Assembly (NCBI GenBank): GCA_038227745.1
Contig: JBBRPS010000052.1
Span: 1 to 22,108, forward strand
Direction of reading: 5' to 3'
Source: Gemmatales bacterium
GTDB taxonomy: Bacteria > Planctomycetota > Planctomycetia > Gemmatales > Gemmataceae
DNA length: 22,108 nt
The notes under the pieces are model-generated. The model saw only the letters and a list, made by a program, of their open reading frames with translations, searched no databases and was not told where the DNA came from. Shown here one piece after another: positions 1 through 10,381 of this stretch (position 1 is the stretch's first letter; each line of letters begins with the position of its first letter). The position numbers were made by a program, and so were the translations under genes.

Positions 1-38
1 GAAAAAAAGAAAGACAGAAAGCGGCGCCGAGCGCCGCA
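1..38 (-). terminator. Rho-independent terminator-like hairpin. GCGGCGC-CGA-GCGCCGC at 21-37; on the minus strand it is followed by TTTCTGTCTTTCTTTTTTTC (complement of 1-20).
   Basis: Seen in sequence: 7-bp GC stem with a 3-nt loop at 21-37, then an A-rich run on the + strand, which is a T-run on the - strand. It lies about 130 nt downstream of the stop of the minus-strand ATPase-SPFH gene. Confidence 0.5.
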
Positions 39-80
39 CTCCAAAGCGCCCGCTCCACCCGAACGCAAATCGCTCCGGCT

Positions 81-152
81 GCGAGCCTCGGGCGTCCCTC
101 TCCCGCCGCTCGCCCCCGCGCAGCGGGATCTGGCTCACCGCTCGCGGCGAAC
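81..152. repeat. Degenerate or partial copy of the palindromic repeat family. Bases 107-152 resemble, by eye, the loop and right arm of the element at 12918-12995; bases 81-106 are a weak match to its left arm.
   Basis: Seen in sequence. CGCTCGCCCCCGCGCAGCGGGATCTGGCTCACCGCTCGCGGCGAAC aligns with CGCTCGCCCCCCGCATAGCGGGATCTGACTCACCGCTCGCGGCTAAAC at 12949-12995. The upstream GCGAGC...CCCGC looks like a decayed left arm. Confidence 0.4.
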
Positions 153-167
153 CGGCGCCGCGGCCGA

Positions 168-3545
<3,378 letters not shown>

Positions 3546-3666
3546 GGCGGGGCCGTGGTGCGGGAGCGGGGCGGGCCGGGGGGCGCTGCAGCCGCGGCGC
3601 CGATAACTCAGGCTATGGGCGCCTCACGAGCAAGTCAAGCGCGGATCAACGGGCACTGCTCGGACC

Positions 3667-3710
3667 GGGCTTGCCGTTTCGCGCGCACCAGCGCGCGAAA
3701 CGGCAAGCCC
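3667..3710. promoter_or_regulatory. Perfect 20-bp-stem palindrome: GGGCTTGCCGTTTCGCGCGC-ACCA-GCGCGCGAAACGGCAAGCCC. It sits in the divergent intergenic region about 120 bp upstream of the ATPase start.
   Basis: Seen in sequence: 20/20 complementary bases with a 4-nt loop and no flanking T-run on either strand. Its position between divergent genes suggests an operator or a 5'-UTR structure. Confidence 0.4.
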
Positions 3711-3938
3711 CTTACCTCGTCCCCGCCTGAAACCCAGGCCGCCTCAGCACCTCGCGCGTCCTGCGTCAGCCGTGCCCCCGTCGCGAGTTCCCGCAGCCCA
3801 GCGCGGGCAGCCCTGCCCGTCGCGGCGTCCCAGAGGCAGACCTTGTTGTCGGTACAAAATCTCTTGCGGTTGCTGCCAGGGCGGCGCCTCCATAGCTTGC
3901 CGGGAGACCGACACCGCTCTCTCGGGCGCCGACCGCTC

Positions 3939-4586
3939 ATGCCGCTCTACCACCTCCTCCTCGACGCGGACGCCTTCCACGACCGCATCCGCCCCGCGCT
4001 CGCCGGCGCCTGGAAGGCGCGCAGCTTCGAGCCGTGCCGCGCTCTGTGCGCGGACCTGGTCCCCGCCGCGGAGGCGTTCGCCCGCCGCTACCACCTCGGC
4101 CCCGAGGAACCGCTGCTGCGGCAGGTCTTGACGGGACTCCCGTTCGACCGCGACTTCTGGCGCCACCTCGCCGGCGAAGCGCTGTGGTACAGCGCCGCCG
4201 AGATCCCCGAGTTCGAGACCGCCCCCGAAACGCTGTGCCGCCTCCTGGCCCCGGAGCGCCGCGCCGAAGAGGGCCGGGAGCGCGTGCGCTTCGCCCCCAT
4301 CGAGCAGATCCTCTTCGGCGGCCGCGACCTGGTGTTCGGCGGCGGCTTCTATCGTCCTGACGAGGCGGGTTACAACGATACGTCCGCTGTCGAGCGCCTG
4401 GCCGACTACCTCGATTCCCTCGACCCCGGACAATGGACGGCGGCGGACCTGGCGGGCCTGCAGGACGTCGCGGCAGAGGACCTCGGCGAGGAGCTGGAGT
4501 ACGTCCGCGACTGGTTCCCCGCCCTGCGCGACATGTACCGGGGGGCGCGGGCGCGGCGTCAGGTTGTCGTCTGCGAGCTGCTCTGA
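3939..4586 (+). CDS. Hypothetical protein, 216 aa, divergent from the ATPase-SPFH gene.
   Basis: This is the 3' part of the long + ORF 1332-4586. From the ATG at 3939 (MPLYHLLLDADAFHDR…) the composition is protein-like: mixed hydrophobic and acidic, not R/A/G-rich. Upstream of that it is antisense to the ATPase and has junk composition. The SD is weak and I recognise no domain. Confidence 0.5.
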   Translation: MPLYHLLLDADAFHDRIRPALAGAWKARSFEPCRALCADLVPAAEAFARRYHLGPEEPLLRQVLTGLPFDRDFWRHLAGEALWYSAAEIPEFETAPETLCRLLAPERRAEEGRERVRFAPIEQILFGGRDLVFGGGFYRPDEAGYNDTSAVERLADYLDSLDPGQWTAADLAGLQDVAAEDLGEELEYVRDWFPALRDMYRGARARRQVVVCELL

Positions 4587-4710
4587 CGTCTCTCCAGGTG
4601 AGCGCCCGGTGAGGGGTCGTTTATCGGTCCTCAAGCGGCGAATGTCCCGCCGCTCGCCGGGAGACGCCGCCGCCTTTCCGTATTCTCCTCATTTTTTAAT
4701 CTCTTTTTCC

Positions 4711-4739
4711 TTGTGACATGCGCAAGCCTCCATTAGAAT
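4711..4739 (+). promoter_or_regulatory. Sigma70-like promoter of the marR-efflux operon. The -35 is TTGTGA (4711-4716), the spacer is 17 nt, and the -10 is TAGAAT (4734-4739). An AT-rich UP-like tract (attttttaatctctttttcc) lies upstream.
   Basis: Seen in sequence. This is the only AT-rich patch in the neighbourhood and has canonical spacing. The predicted transcription start, around 4746, falls inside the dyad that follows. Confidence 0.5.
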
Positions 4740-4742
4740 CTC

Positions 4743-4767
4743 GTTAGCTAGTTGTTAGGACGCTAAC
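4743..4767. promoter_or_regulatory. Candidate MarR operator: inverted repeat GTTAGC-N13-GCTAAC, with an internal TAGCTA palindrome, overlapping the predicted +1.
   Basis: Seen in sequence, 18 bp upstream of the marR ATG. MarR-family regulators typically autoregulate through palindromes that overlap their own promoter (established knowledge). Confidence 0.4.
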
Positions 4768-4784
4768 TAAATGAGGCGTGTGCG

Positions 4785-5291
4785 ATGTCCCTGACCGATT
4801 CCCCGGCCCGGCCCAACGGCGGCGCCCGGCCGACCACCGAGAACGCTTTCCGCGAGCTGATCCGGACCTTCGGCCTGGTCGAGCGCGTGATGCACCCGCA
4901 CTTCGCCCGCTTCGGCATCACGCCATCGCAGTGGGGCGTGCTGCGCAACCTCCACCGGGCCGAACAGGAAGGTATCCCGTCCCTCCGCCTGACCGAGCTG
5001 AGCGAACGGCTGCTGATCCGCCCGCCCAGCGTCACCGGCCTGGTGGACCGCCTGGAGCGGGCCAGGCTCGTCACGCGCGACGGCTCGCCCACCGACCTGC
5101 GCGCCAAGCAGGTGGGCCTGACGAAGGCCGGACGCCGTCTCGTCGAGCGCGTCCTCGCCGTCCACGAGGGCCACGTCAACACGGTCCTCACCGGGCTCAA
5201 CCCCGAGGAGCAGCGCGAGCTGCACCGGCTGCTCGTGCTCTGGCGCAAACACCTGGAAGGCCTGCTCGACGGAACCGCGGACGCGGTCTGA
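4785..5291 (+). CDS. MarR-family transcriptional regulator (winged HTH), 168 aa.
   Basis: The translation has the typical MarR core (…FGITPSQWGVLRNLHRAEQEG…LTELSERLLIRPPSVTGLVDRLERARLVTR…DLRAKQVGLTKAGRRLVE…) at the typical length. It is followed by efflux genes. Confidence 0.9.
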   Translation: MSLTDSPARPNGGARPTTENAFRELIRTFGLVERVMHPHFARFGITPSQWGVLRNLHRAEQEGIPSLRLTELSERLLIRPPSVTGLVDRLERARLVTRDGSPTDLRAKQVGLTKAGRRLVERVLAVHEGHVNTVLTGLNPEEQRELHRLLVLWRKHLEGLLDGTADAV

Positions 5292-5314
5292 ACACGCCCG
5301 AGGAACTTTGACCC

Positions 5315-6706
5315 ATGAAACGCTTCATCCTTCTGCTGCTCCTGCTCGCCGCGGTCGCCGGCGGCGTCGGCTTCTGGTACTACCGGGCCAATGCCCAGCC
5401 GCACCGGGCCTACCGCACCGCCCCCGTAGAGCGCGGCGCCATCATGGCCGCCATCGGCGCCACCGGCACGATTATGCCGGAAGAGGTCATCGACGTCGGC
5501 GCCCAGGTGGCGGGCCGGATCGACCGCTTCGGCCCCGACCCGTCCACCGAGGCCGTCCGCCAGTCGCTGCTGCTGAGCAGCTCCTTCCCGGTCCAGGGCC
5601 TGCCGGTCGGCCTGGCGCTGCTCAAGTTCGTGCCGGCCCGGACCATCGACTACACCTCGCCCGTCAACGAGGGGACAGTGCTGGCCCAGCTGGACCCGAG
5701 CCTGTACCAGGCGCGCGTCGATACGGCCGTGGCCAACCTGCTCAAGGCCCGAGCGGACCTGGTGCAGATGCAAGCGAAGCAGCACCAGACCGAGCGCGAG
5801 TGGGAGCGGTCGCAGGGGCTGGCCGCCCGCAAAGCCATTGCCACCAGCGACTTCGACATCGCCCGCTCGGACTACGAGGCGGCGACCGCGAACATCCAGG
5901 TCGGCAGGGCCGCCATCGCCCAGACCCAGGCCGCCCTCGACGAGGCGCGGACCAACCTCGGCTACACCACGATCTCCTCGCCGGTCAAGGGCGTGATCAT
6001 CGACCGCCGCGTCAACGTCGGCCAGACCGTCGTCGCCAGCCTGAACGCCCCCAGCCTGTTCCTGATCGCCAAGGACCTCAAGCGCCTGCAGGTCTGGGCC
6101 AGCGTCAACGAGGCCGACATCGGCCAGATCCACCAGGGCCAGCCGGTGTACTTCACCGTGGACGCCCACCCCGGCGAGCGCTTCACGGGCTACGTCTCGC
6201 AGCTGCGCCTCAACGCGAGCATGACGCAGAACGTCGTGACCTACACCATCGTCGTCGCCACGGATAACTCGGATGCCAAACTGAAACCGTACCTGACGGC
6301 GAACCTGCAGTTCGTCATCGGCCAGCGCGAGACCACGCTGATCGTGCCCAGCGCCGCCCTCCGCTGGAACCCGCAGCAGCCCGACGAGATCGCCCCGGAC
6401 GCCCGGGAAGCCTACCCGAAGTCGAAACACGCGAAGCGGAGTGGGGGCGCGGCGAAGTCCCCGGCCCAGGGTGAGGGCGCGCACCAGAAGCGCGGCCGGG
6501 GCACCGTGTGGGTCGTGGACGGCGAGTACGTCCGCCCCATCCGCGTTCGCGTCGGCCTGACGGACGGCACCGCCTCGACGGAGGTGATCGCGGACGAGCT
6601 GACGGAGAACATGGAGGTCGTGGTCGGCGAGGCGCGGCGCGACAACGGCGGCGACAGCGCCAACCCGTTCACACCGACGCTCTTCGGCAAGAAGAAGAAG
6701 GACTGA
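5315..6706 (+). CDS. Efflux periplasmic adaptor (membrane fusion protein, HlyD/MacA-like), 463 aa.
   Basis: N-terminal signal anchor (MKRFILLLLLLAAVAGGVGFWYY), biotinyl-lipoyl-like and coiled-coil hairpin segments, and the membrane-proximal motif …YTTISSPVKGVIIDRRVNVGQ…. The RBS GAGGAA is 9 nt upstream of the ATG. Confidence 0.9.
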   Translation: MKRFILLLLLLAAVAGGVGFWYYRANAQPHRAYRTAPVERGAIMAAIGATGTIMPEEVIDVGAQVAGRIDRFGPDPSTEAVRQSLLLSSSFPVQGLPVGLALLKFVPARTIDYTSPVNEGTVLAQLDPSLYQARVDTAVANLLKARADLVQMQAKQHQTEREWERSQGLAARKAIATSDFDIARSDYEAATANIQVGRAAIAQTQAALDEARTNLGYTTISSPVKGVIIDRRVNVGQTVVASLNAPSLFLIAKDLKRLQVWASVNEADIGQIHQGQPVYFTVDAHPGERFTGYVSQLRLNASMTQNVVTYTIVVATDNSDAKLKPYLTANLQFVIGQRETTLIVPSAALRWNPQQPDEIAPDAREAYPKSKHAKRSGGAAKSPAQGEGAHQKRGRGTVWVVDGEYVRPIRVRVGLTDGTASTEVIADELTENMEVVVGEARRDNGGDSANPFTPTLFGKKKKD

Positions 6707-6711
6707 CGTCC

Positions 6712-6794
6712 CCGTTTAGCCGCGGTTCGGAGAACCGCGTGCTGCGCGACCTGGGATGCAGCCCGACGCGGTTCTGCGAACCGCGGCTAAACGT
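6712..6794. repeat. Palindromic extragenic repeat, composite copy: GTTTAGCCGCGGTTC-GGA-GAACCGCG, a 27-nt spacer, then CGCGGTTC-TGC-GAACCGCGGCTAAAC.
   Basis: Seen in sequence. The two arms are reverse complements and each arm contains its own hairpin. The termini match the elements at 12918-12995 and 14401-14437. It lies in the adaptor-to-ATPase intergenic spacer. Confidence 0.6.
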
Positions 6795-6818
6795 TCCAAC
6801 GCCCCGAAGGGGGGACTT

Positions 6819-7532
<714 letters not shown>

Positions 7533-7557
7533 GTACCGAGCAAGGAGTGAGATTGCG

Positions 7558-8940
7558 ATGAGAGCCTTCTACCGCACCACGCTGATGGCCTTCAAGGCGC
7601 TGCGGCGCAACATCATGCGCTCGGCGCTGACGACCCTCGGCATCGTCATCGGCGTGGCGGCCGTCATCGCCATGACCGAGATCGGCCAGGGCACCAACAC
7701 CGCCGTGCAGCGCACCATCAAGAGCATGGGCGCCGACAACCTGCTCATCCAGCCCGGCACCGCGTCCAGCGGCGGCGTCAGCTTCGGCAGCGGCTCGGTG
7801 TTCACGCTCACGCCGCAGGACAGCGACGCCATCCTCCGCGAGTGCCCCGCCGTCGCCGAGGTCGCCCCCATCGTCCGCGCCCGCACCCAGGTCGTCTACG
7901 GCAACCGCAACTGGGTGCCGGTGTACATCTACGGCACCACGCCGTCCTTCCTCAAGGTCCGCGACTGGGAGGACCTGGAGGAGGGCGAGGGGTTCACCGA
8001 CCAGGACGTGCGCAACGGCACCGCGGTCTGCGTCCTCGGCCAGACCATCGTGCGCGAGCTGTTCGCCGACGAGTCGGCGATCGGCAAGGAGGTCCGCGTC
8101 CAGAACGTGACCTTCCGCGTGGTCGGCGTGCTGAGCAAGAAGGGCGCCAACATGATGGGCGTCGATCAGGACGACATCCTGCTCGCCCCGTGGCGGACGA
8201 TCAAGTACCGCGTGTCGGGCACGTCGGCGAGTACGGCCAACCAGAGCGCCGCCGCCGCTACCACCGACCCCTCGCAGAAGGTCAACAGCCTCAGCGGCCT
8301 CTACCCCAACCAGGGGACGAGCCTGTACCAGACGCCAACGCCGACCCAGGTGGCCGACACGCCGCAGCCGATCCGCTTCACGAACGTCGATCAGATCCTC
8401 TGCAAGGCCGCCTCGACCAAGGAAATCGACCTGGCGATCAAGCAGATCACGGAACTGCTGCACGAGCGGCACCGCATCAAGACGGGGCAGCCCGACGACT
8501 TCAGCATCCGCAACATGACCGAGATGAGCAAGGCGCTGGGCTCGACGTCGCAGACGATGACGCGGTCGCTGCTGTTCGTGGCGCTGGTGTCGCTGGTGGT
8601 CGGCGGCGTGGGCATCATGAACATCATGCTCGTGTCGGTGACCGAGCGGACGCGCGAGATCGGCCTGCGCATGGCGGTCGGCGCCCGGGCGCGCGACATC
8701 CTGCGGCAGTTCTTGGTCGAGGCGGTGGTGCTGTGCATGATGGGCGGCCTGATCGGCATCCTGCTGGGGCGCGGCGTGGCGGTCCTGGTGCGGGTGTCGC
8801 TGGGCTGGCCGACGGAGATTTCGGTCCTGGCGATGGTCGGCGCGGTGGTGGTGTCGGCCGGCGTCGGCATGATCTTCGGCTACTACCCGGCGTGGAAGGC
8901 GTCGCGCCTCGACCCGATCGAGGCCCTGCGCTACGAGTGA
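7558..8940 (+). CDS. ABC transporter permease, MacB-like: four TM helices, a large periplasmic domain and a C-terminal FtsX domain; 460 aa.
   Basis: MRAFYRTTLMAFKALRRNIMRSALTTLGIVIGVAAVIAM… gives TM1, a ~250-aa periplasmic domain follows, and the C-terminus has three TM helices (…LFVALVSLVVGGVGIMNIMLVSVTERTREIGLRMAVGA…). The RBS is AGGAGTGAG. Confidence 0.9.
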   Translation: MRAFYRTTLMAFKALRRNIMRSALTTLGIVIGVAAVIAMTEIGQGTNTAVQRTIKSMGADNLLIQPGTASSGGVSFGSGSVFTLTPQDSDAILRECPAVAEVAPIVRARTQVVYGNRNWVPVYIYGTTPSFLKVRDWEDLEEGEGFTDQDVRNGTAVCVLGQTIVRELFADESAIGKEVRVQNVTFRVVGVLSKKGANMMGVDQDDILLAPWRTIKYRVSGTSASTANQSAAAATTDPSQKVNSLSGLYPNQGTSLYQTPTPTQVADTPQPIRFTNVDQILCKAASTKEIDLAIKQITELLHERHRIKTGQPDDFSIRNMTEMSKALGSTSQTMTRSLLFVALVSLVVGGVGIMNIMLVSVTERTREIGLRMAVGARARDILRQFLVEAVVLCMMGGLIGILLGRGVAVLVRVSLGWPTEISVLAMVGAVVVSAGVGMIFGYYPAWKASRLDPIEALRYE

Positions 8941-8994
8941 GGATGCCCCCGACCCAGGCTGCGTAGTTCCCGAGATGCCTTGCAGCCGGCGACA

Positions 8995-9897
8995 TCACTC
9001 CTGCGGCAGGACGGCCCGGAACTCTGCCCAGGAGGTGGCGGCAAGGGCGGCATCGAACCAGCCATCCAGGATCGCGAGGTCGTTGGTCCCTTCGATAGCC
9101 AGTCGGATCGGCTCAGGGACAGGGGCTCCCAGACGCGACTGGAGAACACGGAGCATGTCCGCCCGCCGCGCGCGCACCTCGCCCCTGGCTTCGATGCTCC
9201 TGGTGTATTGAGACTCTCTCACTTCCCAGCCCTCCAAATGACGCTGCCAGTTGACCTGTTGGGGAATCAGTTCTGCGAACACCAGGGCGAAGTAGCGGTA
9301 CGCCGCCCGCTTCTCCACGTCCGGCTCACCAGCCGCCAGCTGCTTCCAGCGCTCGATCATCTGGGGCTCCCCACCGCCACGCATGAGGACGACCCACGGC
9401 AGGATGCACAGGGCCAGTTCGCCCGACCCGATCCGCGCCAGCGTGTCCGCCGCGCTCTCGGCGGCCAGCCAGACCTCGATGGGCTTGACCAGCACGCCAG
9501 GGCTGCTCAGAGAGTGCGTCAGGAGCAACGGGCCGCGCCGGCTGGTCCCGGTCAGACGGAGGATCGCTCCGTAAACGGGACGGCCATCGTCCAGCACCCC
9601 GCGGACCTCGATCGCCAGCAGCAGTTCGTAGACGCCCAGTCGGGCCAGGTCATCCGGACGCGGTTCGGTTGCCACCTCCACGATCAGGTGCGCCGGCTTG
9701 CCGTCGGCCCGACGGCGCAGCACACAGACGACGTCATCGGTACGTTCGGGGCCGCCGGGCCAGGACGTTCGCCGGGTGTCGTCCCAGCCGGCAAAGTCCG
9801 CGGCCAGCGGCTCATCGGCAAAGCGCTCCAGCCACAGCGTCAGGCCGGCCCCGCTCACCTTGCACGCTTGACGCGCCGTCTCGTCGAACGTAGCCAT
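8995..9897 (-). CDS. Rpn/YhgA-like putative nuclease or transposase-family protein (PD-(D/E)xK-like) with a C-terminal DUF4351-like tail, 300 aa.
   Basis: The N-terminal core has the spacing …RTDDVVCVL…GKPAHLIVEVATEP…, compared from memory with the Rpn 'R-D…hllIEhQs' motif, but E-V-A replaces E-x-Q/K. The C-terminus, …EARGEVRARRADMLRVLQSRLGAPVPEPIRLAIEGTNDLAILDGWFDAALAATSWAEF, matches my memory of the DUF4351 pattern. I took the start at MATFDE (RBS GGGAGG 5 nt upstream) rather than the 9996 ORF start. Confidence 0.55.
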   Translation of the reverse strand: MATFDETARQACKVSGAGLTLWLERFADEPLAADFAGWDDTRRTSWPGGPERTDDVVCVLRRRADGKPAHLIVEVATEPRPDDLARLGVYELLLAIEVRGVLDDGRPVYGAILRLTGTSRRGPLLLTHSLSSPGVLVKPIEVWLAAESAADTLARIGSGELALCILPWVVLMRGGGEPQMIERWKQLAAGEPDVEKRAAYRYFALVFAELIPQQVNWQRHLEGWEVRESQYTRSIEARGEVRARRADMLRVLQSRLGAPVPEPIRLAIEGTNDLAILDGWFDAALAATSWAEFRAVLPQE

Positions 9898-10015
9898 GTT
9901 GGCCTCCCAGCCCAATTCTATCCTGGTGCGGCGCTCGAGCGGTAGGCCAACCCGCCCGCTGCGCAGGGCAACCCGGTGAGGTGAACCCGTTGCCAAGTTA
10001 TCCGCGGGCGGACGA

Positions 10016-10058
10016 CGAAAAAGCGCGGCGGAGGACAGACTTCTGTCCCCCGCCGCGC
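10016..10058 (-). terminator. Terminator-like hairpin: GCGCGGCGG(A)GGACAGA…TCTGTCC(C)CCGCCGCGC. On the minus strand it is followed by CTTTTTC.
   Basis: Seen in sequence: a stem of about 16 bp with a T-run on the minus strand. It sits in the 485-bp spacer between the secreted-protein gene and the Rpn-like gene, both on the minus strand. Confidence 0.45.
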
Positions 10059-10100
10059 TTCTGCTGCCTGCTCACGGCCGGCGCCGGTTCGTCTCGTTCC

Positions 10101-10170
10101 GCCGCCGCTGCTCATCCCGGCGGCGCTGCTCATCGGCCTGCCGGCGGCGCTGCTCGTCCTGACGGCGGCC
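10101..10170. repeat. Three imperfect tandem copies of a roughly 20-bp unit, GGCGGCGCTGCTC(A/G)TCC.
   Basis: Seen in sequence: gccgccgctgctcatcc / cggcggcgctgctcatcggcctg / ccggcggcgctgctcgtcctgacggcggcc. Confidence 0.4.
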
Positions 10171-10286
10171 CGATTCGTTGGAGGGGGGTGGGTGGAGAGG
10201 TGCGCGACGTATCGGCGCAAGAACAAGGCCTCAGAATCACTTTGAGAAAGGGATTCGTCGCAGCCCGGGAAGAAAAGGTGTCGGGC

Positions 10287-10352
10287 AAGAAAAGGCATCG
10301 GGAACTTTTGTCGCTATCAATTAGCGACAAAGGTTCCCGACGCCTTTTCTTC
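10287..10352 (-). terminator. Long hairpin: 30-bp stem (AAGAAAAGGCATCGGGAACTTTTGTCGCTA / TAGCGACAAAGGTTCCCGACGCCTTTTCTT) with a TCAATT loop. It lies 30 nt downstream of the stop of the minus-strand secreted-protein gene.
   Basis: Seen in sequence: 28/30 complementary bases (one G-U pair and one mismatch). On the minus strand it is followed by GCCCGACACCTTTTCTTCC. A related direct half-repeat, GAAAAGGTGTCGGGC, sits immediately upstream. It is likely a terminator or a 3' stability structure. Confidence 0.45.
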
Positions 10353-10381
10353 CGCGCGGGATCCCTCCCGGCGACGGCCGC

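Noticed and set aside
4587-4700. A possible intrinsic terminator, AGCGGCG-aatgtcc-CGCCGCT, downstream of the 216-aa gene.
   Set aside because: The stem is only 7 bp and no T-run follows immediately. There is not enough evidence to call it.
5308-6267. Representative of many overlapping or antisense ORFs, including 285-752, 961-1572, 2017-3234, 3744-4634, 4763-6484, 6669-7508, 7516-8472, 7842-8966, 8980-9945, 10391-11737, 11656-12834, 11783-13009, 12568-14394, 13038-14372, 14473-15969, 15560-16618, 17430-18431, 17467-18990, 19294-19968, 20249-21037 and 21043-22047.
   Set aside because: All are R/A/G/P-rich translations lying opposite or out of frame to well-supported genes with clear motifs. 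They are artefacts of a stop-poor, high-GC sequence.
6756-6818. The 5' extension of the ABC ATPase ORF, starting at 6756.
   Set aside because: The extension is encoded by the palindromic repeat element and has no SD. The conserved N-terminus MDLIKLDNLYK begins at 6819 with a G-rich SD.
9898-9996. The upstream extension of the Rpn-like ORF, and similarly 11480-11644 for the secreted-protein gene.
   Set aside because: The internal ATGs (MATFDE and MSGSRW) are each preceded by strong SD sequences (GGGAGG and GGAGGAACGGAG). The extensions are Arg-rich.
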